From Oopsacas minuta (taxonomy: Eukaryota > Animalia > Porifera): a stretch of 64,000 bases of DNA. The stretch covers positions 248,001 through 312,000 of the forward strand of contig JAKMXF010000222.1 of NCBI GenBank assembly GCA_024704765.1, in the 5' to 3' direction. The translations under genes were made by a program, and so were the position numbers. Positions 1-11,400 of the stretch are shown in pieces; the first letter of the stretch is position 1, and each line of letters starts with the position of its first letter. The notes under the pieces were generated by a model. That model saw nothing but the letters and a program-made list of their open reading frames with translations. It was not told the origin of the DNA and made no database searches.

Positions 1-363
1 TTCACAAATTCACGAAGAAACCAGTATTCTGAAGTATGGCAATCAATCTAATAGCAATTCTACATCTCTTCAAAATAGCCAATTCAACACAAATTCTCCG
101 CCGATTGTAGAAGTTGCTTCTTTCTCAGTTACACAAGGTATGGACAACAAACACAAATAAACAAAGAACATATAATTTTGATTAAATGCTCTCTTTTATA
201 TTTATACTCTCCTTCACAAGCACAACAAGTATCTCAAAATGGAGTAATCAACACAATTTCACCTAAAACTGGTTCTCCTTCTATTGATAAAGTATCTCCT
301 CTGCCAGTTACTAAAAGTATATAACAGCAATGTATATTAACAAACAAACAAACTAACTAATAA

Positions 364-408
<45 letters not shown>

Positions 409-3400
409 ATTACCTTTTTAATAAATTGATTTTATGCTCTCCTATAATTATCCTTAGAAACTCCTTCAACAGCATGCCAGCGATTAATCAATATTACAAA
501 GTTCCTCAGTGAGTATGAAAGCAATTCAACAATCTCAGAGAAACCGCCAAAAATTGTTTCTCCCTCTGTTAAGAAAGGATCTCCTTTGTTAGTTTGTTAA
601 TATTGTACGTTTTCATTCAGTAATAATAATTTACTATATAATATGTATAGCTTACAACATCAGTTTATATCTCCACAAAGAGAAAAGAAGCACATACCTA
701 TGGAGAATTTTGATGATCTGCTTAGACATTTCTGCATTCTTAAACCTCCGTTAGATCCTTATTATTTTAAAACGCGTGAGAATCCGTTACAGACACTACG
801 GGATAAACTAAAGAAGAAAAATGAGTTAGCAAGATTTGATACAGGACCTATTTTCGCTAAGAAATCCCCTAAAACTGTTTCTCCATCTGTTGATAATATA
901 TCTTCCATGCCTATTACACAAGGTATATTACATATACTAACAGCATTGGAGCAACAACAAACAAACAAACAAACAAACATAATAATAGCAGTAATATTTA
1001 TAAACTTGTTATTAGACTTTCCTTCACAAATTCACGAAGAAACCAGTATTCTGAAGTATGGCAGTCAATCTAATAGCAATTCTACATCTCTTCAAAATAG
1101 CCAATTCAACACAAATTCTCCGCCGATTGTAGAAGTTGCTTCTTTCTCAGTTACACAAGGTATATATAGTATATGAGTAACAACAAACAAATAAACAAGC
1201 ATAAACTAATATTCATTCCCTCGTATAATTTAGAATCTACACAAACAAGCCAAGTATCCAGTTCGCTAAGTTCAAGCAGTGATGCCAGTAGTTATACATC
1301 TAGTGATACTTCTTCCTCTGAAGATGAATCACTTGCTCCACCGAGAGTAAGTTTTAAAGGGAGCAGATTGTGTGTAAATATTTGTTCGTCTTTTCCGGGA
1401 ATTCGTATTAACGAGGTTCCCTGTATTGAATTAATTCGCATTTGAGAATACACTTTAATATAATATTAATAGAGAGAAGGTAAATATACATTGAGGGACA
1501 AGAGTTACATAACAAGTGAGAATATATTTTGTATCTCTTCGAGATGGGATGGATATAATTTGAGTTTCCAGAAGAGCGATGAATTCAAGCCAAAGAGAGC
1601 GAAAAATGTGGATACCCGAAAAGAGCCGATAAGGTTGGTAGATAATACACAGCAAAGAAAACAAAATCAAATACAAAAAACAAACTTTTTTACATGCATT
1701 AGACATGCATATGGATTTAATATTTCAAACCTGTTCTGGTGGTTTATTCGTGTTTTTTGGAGAAACCCCAAAACACGAATAAACCACCAGAACAGGTTTG
1801 AAATATTAAATCCTCGTATATTAGTAAATTAGAACAGAACACTTGCGGAAGATAACCATGTGAATGAGCGAAAATGAAAATATATGCTGTACAAAAGTGC
1901 TTATAGGTTACACTTAATAACTTCAGTGGCACTTTGTTAATCAAACACCACGTGACGGTCAAATATTTGTTCGTCTTATCCACATCCGGTGTTCGTACTA
2001 GTGAAGTTCTAATGTAATTATATTTACTTACATGTTAGAAAGGCTACTAGCGTCAAGATATCACCAGATAACTATACAATCGACGTTATTGAGAGCTGTA
2101 ATGAATCAGATAATACGTCCGATGATTTTCAAACACCACAAAAGTCTAGAAACAAAAGTAAAAGTACTAACTCTGGATATACCCCATGGACAATATATGA
2201 GAAAGAAAGATTAGTTTTAGCTTATCAGAAGTTTGGTCATAACTGGAAGACATCTCAGAAGCAAGATATTTGGAACGCCCATCGATCCTTAAGCGGTATT
2301 AAAAAGAAATTATTAAAGATGAAGAGTAGTGGAGAATTTAATAGAATACTATTAGAACTCCGAAAAAAAGATTCCGAATGTAATCTGTCTGATTCAAATA
2401 ATAAGGTTAGTGTGAAAATAGAAAAAATCTACAGTCATCCCCGTTTTTTTACGATAAAATTTATGTTACTTTGACAGTTAGGGACCATATTTGTACAAGT
2501 TCAGACTTCGATATATCCGTGTTGGATAGAACGGGATTGGCTTAATACAATACATATCAGAAAATGCGATTTTGGTCAGCATATTGTTGCCTATTAATAG
2601 GTTTGGAAAGAGTTCACGTTAAGTGCATTGCTTATATTTATATAGGAAAGGCCAATTCCGACCTCTCTATCAAATTATGAAAGAAATAGAGCTCCTCTTC
2701 GACCTTCAATAAAAAAAGATTATTCCCCCAGTTTAGCTACATATAGATGGACAGAGGAGGAGACTAATAATTTAATCGAAGGACAACGTCTGTATGGAAA
2801 TAATTGGCTTATCATTTTAAGAAAATATCAATTTCATCCCTCGAGGAGTTCATCGAGTCTGAAATACAAGTTTAGTACTAAGGAAATGCGTGCAAAGGTA
2901 TAAAGAAATATATATTTAAAATTTAGTGTCTTAGATCTCTAATGTGTGAATAGTACTAATCCCATAATTGGCTGTTTCTTTTCACAAATTTTCCAAAAAA
3001 TAGGCCAAAATGTACCCTTGATTGTGTCAGAATTTATTGTCGTGGGCAGAATTAAGCCTATCTCCACTACTTAGAGAAGACGCAACCAAAATAGGAGCAA
3101 ACTGTAATTAAAATTACAGCAATATAACTCAGCTAATTCCAATAAAATCTTTCTATAATAGTTTAATGAAGTATTAGTGTCAAATGAAATATCTGAAGCT
3201 CAAATTGAAATACATTCCTCCCCACCAATAACATCTCCAATATCTGTAAGTTTTATTCTGTATACAAAAAAACTGTGTCATTGAAATATATAGTCGAAAC
3301 TGATTTTTCTAAGATTGCAATGAAATGTGGGAATTACACATATTTTCCATCATTTTATTCTTACTTTATTGTCTTGCAAAAATGGTAAGAAAAACAGGTC

Positions 3401-3916
3401 TCGACTGTACCAGCATTAATTGTGGATCACAGTGGTTATCGTTTATAAGACACCCTTGGGAAGAGCAAATATGTTCTTATAACCGGTATAAATTTTACTA
3501 GAGTTATGAGAACAGTTTTCCAGAGGATGGTTCTTATAGCTAGTATACTTATAAGTGGAATCCACTGTATTATGAACTTTTTTTTATAGGACTTTGCAGG
3601 TAAAACTGTAAACAAAATCGTGTCAACAACAAACGATCGTATAACTACAAGCAAAGAGATGAAGAACAAAACTGACCAGTTGACTAATAAAGATAGTTCC
3701 ACATATGTGAAATGGACAGATTGGGAGGTTGAAAATCTAATGAAAGGTATTCGTGAATATGGAACGAGATGGAGTATAGTTTTCAACAATTGTAAATTTC
3801 ATCCATCAAGGACTCCGAGCAAAATAAAAACTAAATATTACAAGATTAAGGCATTGGATGCGAAAAATAAAAGCTTCTACAATAATGAAAAGGATCCTTA
3901 TTTCCTTCAGAAATGA
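1..3916 (+). CDS. Multi-exon gene (5' part outside window): Ser/Pro-rich repeated exons followed by three separated TRF/telobox-like Myb/SANT repeats
   Basis: Phase-consistent exon chain: <1-137, 221-316, ~458-589, 651-922, 1016-1159, ~1232-1346, 1473-1633, 2039-2406, 2646-2897, ~3162-3245, 3590-3916 (TGA). Myb-like repeats WTIYEKERLVLAYQKFGHNW (from 2187), WTEEETNNLIEGQRLYGNNW..FHPSRSSSSLKYKF (from 2748), WTDWEVENLMKGIREYGTRW..FHPSRTPSKIKTKY (from 3713). Confidence 0.7.
366..404. repeat. (AC)n microsatellite in an intron
   Basis: About 19 perfect AC units. Confidence 0.95.
1713..1813. repeat. Perfect 44-bp inverted repeat with 13-nt loop (intronic hairpin)
   Basis: 1713-1756 ggatttaatatttcaaacctgttctggtggtttattcgtgtttt is the exact reverse complement of 1770-1813. 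Confidence 0.95.
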
Positions 3917-4195
3917 GAGTAATACTTATTCTAAATAATAAATTCGTTCATATTCATTATAATTCACATTTTCACATTTACAGTCATCATGTTAATGCCA
4001 GAAAACCATTAATACACTTAGAATTGTATTTTTGTTTTAACCAAAATATAATATAGCGGGACCAGTATAACCCAAATGAGTTTTATGAGCAAAGTTCAAT
4101 CAAAAGTTTCTAACAATATTTAAGCATTACTATACTATCTGCAATCTAAATACATGAAAAGCTCTGAGGCGAATTCCATATTTACTAAATAAAAG

Positions 4196-6796
4196 TTACG
4201 TTGATGGGAGACTATTTTTAAATATTAATTTTTTCTTAGATTTTTTCTTCTCTTTCTTGCTAATCTTAGAATCCTTCTCCATTCCAAATTCAATAGGTTT
4301 TTCTTTAACTTCCCCGGTTTCATCTGGAGATATTGATTCAGCGTTTATTTCTGATTCTATTTCACTTCTCACACGCTTCGTCTCTGGGCTTGGTTCTTTG
4401 CTTGAGTGCTTTTTACTTTCACCAGCCTGTTCATTATTCTCAGGAGAATCTTGGTCAGAGGAAGAAGTATTAACGTATGAAACTAGTTTATTACAGGTTT
4501 TCGGGCTTGGTTGTTCAGAATCATTTTTATAACGTTTCGCGGAATCGGTATCATCATCGTCTTGTTCAAATGATTTTTTGTTCTTTTTAGATTTTCGCTT
4601 TACTTGTTTCTCTTCGATTTGTTCTTGTTCAGGTGAAGTTGAGGGAGTTATATCCACTATTGCTGTGTTATGAGAATCTGATTCTGCACTCCTCGTGGTA
4701 AAATTATCCGGTTTAATAATCGAGGATTCTGTATTATCTGTCGTAGACTTTTCCGGATCTATAGAAATACCTAGTTCCATTGGTAAAATTTCGGCATTTT
4801 CTGCTTTGGATTTATCCGGTTTCTTTGGTAATATTTCGGCTTTTTCTGCATTAGATTCATCTGGTTCCTTTACTGATATTTGGGCATTTTCCGCAGTAGA
4901 TTTATCCAGTTCCTTCACTAATATTTCGGCATTTTCCGAAGTAGATTTATCCCGTTCCTTTACTGATATTTCGGCATTTTCCGCAGTAGATGTATCTGGC
5001 TCATCTGGCTCACCTTCATTGGGTAATTTTTCAATATTCACTGTAAAAGATTTATCCAGTTTAACTTGTGCTATTTCAGGATTTTCTCCACTAGGTTTAT
5101 CCTGTTTTATCGGAGATTTTTCGGCATCTTCACAGTCACTAATATTCTCTATAGATATTTGTGAATTTCTCTCAGTAGATGTTTGTGAATATGACGTATC
5201 TTGTCCTTTAGAATATATTTTACCTTTCCCTTTAGGATTTTTATTTCGTTTCGAGTCAATCGATTTTACCGGAAATACGGGTATATTCGTAGCACAATTG
5301 AAGTCTTTGATAAGATCAGTTTGGCCAGCAAACAAATGTTCGAGACTATTAAATTCTTTTTGTAGTTTAATTAATACAGAAGAGATAGTAATCCCTGGAG
5401 TAATAACTTCATATTTAGTTTGATAACTGCAAAAACCAGGAAAATCATGTAATTCTTCATATGTTAAACGCATGAAACATTTGAGAATAGCGACGTTATC
5501 AAGAATCTTTTGCTTTGCCCAATCTATGAGAATATAGTCAACAGCTGTTCGTTTGGAAGCTGGGATAATTGATTCTTTTGGATTTGATTCGTAAACCACT
5601 TTCTGAAACTTGAATTTTTCTTTCGAAGTTTCTGCTTCTTCCATATTTGGGGAAGATTTCCTTTTTGAGGAAGGAGATTTCTTTTTATAATGTTCTGGAG
5701 CTTTTTCGGTTGTTTCACTGTCATGAGAAGATTCAGCCTGTTGGCATTTTTGTAATTTATGCTCCGAATCTTTCTCACTTGTTTCATTAGCTAATTCCGG
5801 TTCAATATCATCTTTAGATGGTGGTTGTACATCAAAATTGGCAGCTAGTTCAATTTTTCCACCCTCAACTTTTTTTGAATTTTGAGTCTCTTTTTTGATT
5901 TGATGATATTTAGTGTTTTTAGCTGCAACCGTAAGGACTTCTTCTTTACCATTTGAGATTACAATTTTACAGTTCATTTTTTCGAAATAATCACAAATTC
6001 CAACTTTGAATATATCGAAAATATTTGGCTTTGGAATTTCATCGATACTTTCTTTATTTAAGCTAAAAAAGATTATCATTTGAAATTCGTATTTCACCAA
6101 ATTAAGTGCTTCTCCAAGCCAATTCGTACCTTTCCAGGAATTAGGATTTGCAGCTTGTGGGCTACTTTGAGCCATACCAATGCCCCAAATCCTATCCATA
6201 GGACTTGCTTCTGCGAAATATTTATCATCAGTTTTTAGAAAAATGCTTAAGAGTTTCGGATTTTGAGAGAACTTTGCTACATTCCCTTCTTGCACGTATT
6301 GCCGACAGCACATCTTCCAAATGTCTTGGTCAAAGTTCTTAACTTCTCGTCCATATTTTTTCATTTTTTTCGGCTCAACCGCGCTCATGATATCAGTTAA
6401 TTTTGAATTATCTTCGAATAATCGCGCTTTATTCGACATCATGTATTGTTCAGCACAAACATATAATGTTCTATTGACCCGGAAATCCGCAGAATGAAAC
6501 TGACTGAATGGTGACTCGGTACGCCAAAAATATTCAACATGTGTATTTTTATTTTTAGGATCTCCTTTGTAAGTTTCTTTTGAAGGTTTTCCCTCTGGAA
6601 AATCATCGGGAATTTCAAAGTGCTGTGGTGGTTCTTCGAAATAATTTGAAAATCCTTCACTACGACCGTGGGTATTTCTTAGTGAATATTTTGAAGATTC
6701 ACAATCTTCTGGGAATCTTCTTCTACCTCTTTCTCTGCTCTGTCTACTCCCCCTTTTATCTGATCTGCCTCGTGAGTAAGATCTAGAACTTGCCAT
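4196..6796 (-). CDS. NADAR (YbiA-like) domain protein with RS-rich N-terminus, 15-aa internal repeats and Lys-rich C-terminus; single exon, 866 aa
   Basis: 6083-6535 encodes SPFSQFH..CAEQYMMSNKARLFED..KKYGREVKNFD..AKFSQNPKL..AEASPMDRIWGIG..WKGTNWLGEAL, the NADAR/YbiA signature. Confidence 0.9.
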   Translation of the reverse strand: MASSRSYSRGRSDKRGSRQSRERGRRRFPEDCESSKYSLRNTHGRSEGFSNYFEEPPQHFEIPDDFPEGKPSKETYKGDPKNKNTHVEYFWRTESPFSQFHSADFRVNRTLYVCAEQYMMSNKARLFEDNSKLTDIMSAVEPKKMKKYGREVKNFDQDIWKMCCRQYVQEGNVAKFSQNPKLLSIFLKTDDKYFAEASPMDRIWGIGMAQSSPQAANPNSWKGTNWLGEALNLVKYEFQMIIFFSLNKESIDEIPKPNIFDIFKVGICDYFEKMNCKIVISNGKEEVLTVAAKNTKYHQIKKETQNSKKVEGGKIELAANFDVQPPSKDDIEPELANETSEKDSEHKLQKCQQAESSHDSETTEKAPEHYKKKSPSSKRKSSPNMEEAETSKEKFKFQKVVYESNPKESIIPASKRTAVDYILIDWAKQKILDNVAILKCFMRLTYEELHDFPGFCSYQTKYEVITPGITISSVLIKLQKEFNSLEHLFAGQTDLIKDFNCATNIPVFPVKSIDSKRNKNPKGKGKIYSKGQDTSYSQTSTERNSQISIENISDCEDAEKSPIKQDKPSGENPEIAQVKLDKSFTVNIEKLPNEGEPDEPDTSTAENAEISVKERDKSTSENAEILVKELDKSTAENAQISVKEPDESNAEKAEILPKKPDKSKAENAEILPMELGISIDPEKSTTDNTESSIIKPDNFTTRSAESDSHNTAIVDITPSTSPEQEQIEEKQVKRKSKKNKKSFEQDDDDTDSAKRYKNDSEQPSPKTCNKLVSYVNTSSSDQDSPENNEQAGESKKHSSKEPSPETKRVRSEIESEINAESISPDETGEVKEKPIEFGMEKDSKISKKEKKKSKKKLIFKNSLPST
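4775..5000 (-). repeat. Coding minisatellite, about five 45-bp units (15 aa, KSTAENAEISVKEPD-like)
   Basis: TSTAENAEISVKERD/KSTSENAEILVKELD/KSTAENAQISVKEPD/ESNAEKAEILPKKPD/KSKAENAEILPMELG; the 45-bp period is visible in the DNA. Confidence 0.9.
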
Positions 6797-6992
6797 CTTT
6801 AGGAGTATAGCTCTAGGGAGCGAATTAATATGCTGAATACTGAAATAAAATAGAATCTATGAAAATGTTGCAAACTAGGGTGTCCGTTTAAGTGGAGTCT
6901 CTTTTGTAGTAAAATTATATTAATCATATAATAAAGACCTCAAAGAATTTATTAGAAATATACGTATTATCAATTTATAAGGCTTTACCCGA

Positions 6993-7064
6993 CAGCCGAA
7001 ACCGGTTTTCTAACTAGGTATATTCTTAATTGAAAATTAATGGTTAGAAAACCGGTTTCGACTG
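6993..7064. mobile_element. 72-bp palindromic MITE-like element (CAGT-type terminus)
   Basis: 22-bp arms cagccgaaaccggttttctaac / gttagaaaaccggtttcgactg (1 mismatch), followed by TA. Confidence 0.6.
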
Positions 7065-7124
7065 TAATTGAAGAAATAAACCAAATTCTGTTTGTAAAGT
7101 GTGCTTTATTTTACCCTGCGATAA

Positions 7125-8122
7125 TCATGTTGGATTCCCATGATATTTAGATCCAGTCTCAATAACTAAATCCCCAATCTCTTCCAAATCTGGGGAATCT
7201 AAAATAGCTTTATTCAACTCCCTCAGAGTTATACTAACTCTCCTCACATCAATATCCTTCCTCTTTACACCATGAAGCCAGTTGAACCTAGAAATAATTG
7301 AAAAGTAAAAGAGTGTCAAATGTTCGACAAAATAAATATCAAATATTTTGGTTGTAAAATTGAAAAAACATACCTTGAGCTTCCCCAAAACCCAAGGAAA
7401 GATCTCCTCGGTAATGGTAATGCAACTTGGACACTCAAATCCTGTGAATAGAATGTAATAACACTATCAGACAGAGTACTAATAGAAATCAACCTATCTC
7501 CCCACACCCATTTGTCGTCATAATGCGGATCAATCGAGGCTCCCTTCTCAGCTGTATACTCCAAATTACAAAATTCAACAGGCTTAAAGGTTGAAAAAGT
7601 TTTTAAACTATTTATCTTCTTCACAAGTCCCTCTGCATATGGAGGCAATCCTGTAAATTCACCAAGTTTTAGTTTCTTCCTTTTAAAATTAACTTTCGGT
7701 CCATAATTCTGTTTTCTTCTTCCAGATTGTGAATTTTTCCATTCGATAGAGTCAATTATAGAAATCAACTGAATTTCTTCTAATTCGCTTATAAATTCCT
7801 TCACTAAGTGTATGCCATCCAATACCATACCTTCAATGATTAAATTCTCAATTAGGAGTTCAGATTTCAGAGTTTTAACACACGTGTTACCATTACAATA
7901 CAAATTAACCTCTGAAGGAGGTTCAATGTATTTCTTAGCTTCTCCACAGTTACAGCACACAGAATAGAATACATTAGGGTTGTCAATGTAGGGTGCAAAC
8001 TTTGAACTTTTGACACCCTCGCATATAAGGCAAGTCCGTATACCTTTACACTCACATACTTTATCTGGTGTCACAGCTACTGATGTTTCAATAGGATGGC
8101 TTTCTAAAGAAACTGATGCCAT
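7125..8122 (-). CDS. ALKBH4: AlkB homolog 4, 2OG-Fe(II) dioxygenase; 2 exons
   Basis: CECKGIRTCLICE, SGRRKQNYGPKVNFK, LEY..GASIDPHYDD.WVWG, W.HGV..RVSITLRE. Exons 8122-7374 and 7287-7125 with an 86-nt GT-AG intron. Confidence 0.93.
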
Positions 8123-8428
8123 ACTTGAGGATAAACTATTAATACAACTATAAAGGAAAATAAACGACAAAATTAAGTGATTAATATTTTGTGAGATCTG
8201 CCGCAGGAATAATAGGGTTTGGTAGACTCACAATTGGAGGGTATACTGATAATTGGGGAGGGCGAGACTGGCCCCATGAATTAATAGGGATGAGAAGGGT
8301 ATCAATTATGGTTTGTAAATAATAACTATAATTTGATAAAAGAAAAGTTTTGCTAATCCAATCATATACTTTTATAATAAGCGTGATTAGAAATACACGT
8401 AATAATATAAATTAGATTAAAGTTAGAA

Positions 8429-11400
8429 TTATGAATCCTCCGACACCTGGGCTTTGGCAAAGTTGACAAATATTTGATCTAGAGTAGTTTGGCTTACTCC
8501 GTAATCAAGAATACCTAGTCGATCCTTGTTCATTTCTAAAGACTTGAATATGTAGGAACATAACAACTCGCTTGAAACTAACCGGTACTCGAGTACAACA
8601 TTGTGCTCCTCCGCAAGTTTAACAGCTTTAAAAGTACTGGTAACAAATGCTTTTATATTATTAACAACAACTAAACGATCGCTTTGATCTACACAACTTC
8701 TAAAGCGAATAGATAAAGTGTATCCCTCTCCAAATTTTGTTTTCAAGTGTTGTGTGCTACCAAGGCATTTGAATTCCCCATTGACCATAATTGCGATACG
8801 TGTACACAGAGCTTCACACTCCTCCATAGAGTGAGAACTAAGCACAATACAACGTCCTTCTTTCGTCAAGTTATGCAATATATCCCAGAAAAATCTCCTT
8901 GATCCTGGGTCCATGCCAGTCGTGGGTTCATCCAACAGCAAAATTGGAGCATTTCCAATGAGCGAACAAGCCGCACTCAGTTTCCGTTTATTTCCACCGC
9001 TATATTTCCCACATTGTACTCTAGCATATTTCATTAGACCCATTCTTTCTAGTTCTAACTGAACGAACTCATTTATTTTTCGGCTAGGGATTCCACGTAT
9101 TCGTGCATACATTGATAATAACTGTTTACCAGTCATGTATGTTTGTAAAGCATCGAATTGTGGACAGTAACCGACATTTTGCCGTACTTTTCTGAGGTTT
9201 TTGCGTATATCAAAGCCTTCTACAAAGGCAGTCCCACTTGTACAGCGGAGATTACCAGCTAACATTTCAAAAGTCGTAGTTTTACCAGCACCATTCACAC
9301 CCAACAGACCAAAACAATCGCCATATGAAATACCCATGCAAATCTGGTTAACTGCTAATTTAGGTTTGCGTCTACGAAATACATTGCCTGGATAGGTCTT
9401 AGTGAGATTTCGCATTAACACAGCATTTCCATTTGATTCATTTCGTTTGATTCTTGATCTTTCTTGAGCTACATCAGTATCTTCATTTAAAATTTCGCTA
9501 TACTTACCTTCCTTATGGCAACATACATCTAAAAGTTTTTTATCCACTTTTAAAGATTCTATAAGAAGCGTAAGAATGAAGAATATAATTCCAGCAACCA
9601 AAGGGACAACAATATACAAAAGAATTCCAGGCTTTTCAAATGTGAAAAGATTATCACTCACAACAATACCGACCTGCCGGCATGAATCAAGCGTTCGAGG
9701 AGCTTCTTGGCAAAGCTCAAGGTAAATCGTATTATTAACAATCTGAGAAATGCCTGTTCCTAGCGAGTAGTTAGGGAAGATTGAAAATATGTAGTTAAAT
9801 ATGTCACCAATGCTATACAGGTCAAATGCCAGTAAAGAAACCACAATCAAATTGAAGATCTGGTAAGAAAAGAATAACAATAGGATAGTCGTAGAGAATG
9901 CAAATAAGGCAGAATTGAATAGAAAACTAAAAAAGTACACGAGAGTAAGACTACCAAATCCATATGAAATCAAAAGTAAATAAATATACACGAGGTTAAC
10001 CCCAGAAAAAGCTGAAATGCTGAAACATGGAAAAGTTGCGAAAACAAGCGTGCATGAAAACAATGTAATGACTAGATCCCATAAGAAAATGCCAACCCAA
10101 TACGCCCATGAGTTTAACCCAGAAATAAATTGTAGGAATTTAGATCTATTGCCTTTCTCTTGTAACGGGAATATGATGAAACTCCCAGTAAGGAAAGACA
10201 AGCCGAAGGTGAGAAAAATCGAAAGAGTAAAACCAGGGAAAGGGCTGGAAGCAGCAGCCAACTCAGCTGAACTTGATCTAGGCAGAGGATGGTTGTTGAT
10301 TACGATTTTCGGTGGATCGCCAGTAATATCGTGTTCTTTCCACGCGTTATAGAACATATAATTATGTAGTATAGATAATGCGGTTGGAAGAGTGTGATAA
10401 GCTTGGTTATTGAACCATAACGTTACACGATCAGGCCTAGGTGTTGATGATGGGTAGAGATCACCAATTCCAGGATTAACACATTCTATAGGAGAACTTT
10501 GCTCTACACTGCAAAATCCTGTATCATTGGAATCGTTTGTATTTAGTTCTGAACAACACAAGCATTCGTGTTGAATAGGTAAAGGATCGAGTTTATTCGT
10601 GGTTATTCCTAGTAAATAGTTAGCATAGAAGTTATTCACATTTCTAGCCATTTCTCTCAACAAATACTCGTTAATGTATACTGTGTTGACTGCCAATGGC
10701 CCATAATATAGTCCTGAATATGGTTGCGGTTGAGCTGGGTCGTATATGATGGGGGGAGGCCTAGGGCAAGAAGATGAATCAACAGCTTCAAAACAATCCG
10801 CACATTCTAAGCAGGAAGTATAGCCAAAGTTTGGGTATGTATTACATAAGCTGACTGACTTGAAATCTCGAGCAATACGATGAGCACAGTATTGGTCAAG
10901 AATCTGATACTCGTAATTACAGCATTGAGAAGGTTGTGTGTAGTTTATAGTGGAATTCAATATATCCTGAAATCCTGTTAATATTTCATTCTCAAAAGAA
11001 AAAGACAGCTGACTGAAATTCGAAACATGATTGAGTGTGAAATTTTGCGGCAAACTGTCTCCAATCCCTGGTACCTGCATATAGAACAATGACACTCGAC
11101 TTGGATTAGGAAACGTATCCTGAATAGTCAATCGCAGATTCTGATTTGGACCATCATTATTCATGGGGACCTTTTCCAATGCCAGACCAACTAACGTGAA
11201 AACCACTGGCAGTATTATCTGTAATATTATGAATCCATAACTACGGAAACTATACCAAGCCTTTTTAATGATCATAGCCCATAGCTGCTGGAACCATAAC
11301 AAAACGCCTGAATTCAATTTGACTTGTTTAGAAACATTGGGAGTCAGTCCCTTTGGAGATGAATCATCAAATTGTATTGAATCTGAGTGTACATTCGTTA

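Noticed and set aside
4257-5423. Plus-strand ORFs 4257-4532 and 4695-5423
   Set aside because: Antisense shadows of the low-complexity, repetitive NADAR gene.
4196-6796. Bacterial or phage contamination suggested by the NADAR domain
   Set aside because: Embedded among intron-containing animal genes, with matching composition and eukaryote-type low-complexity tails.
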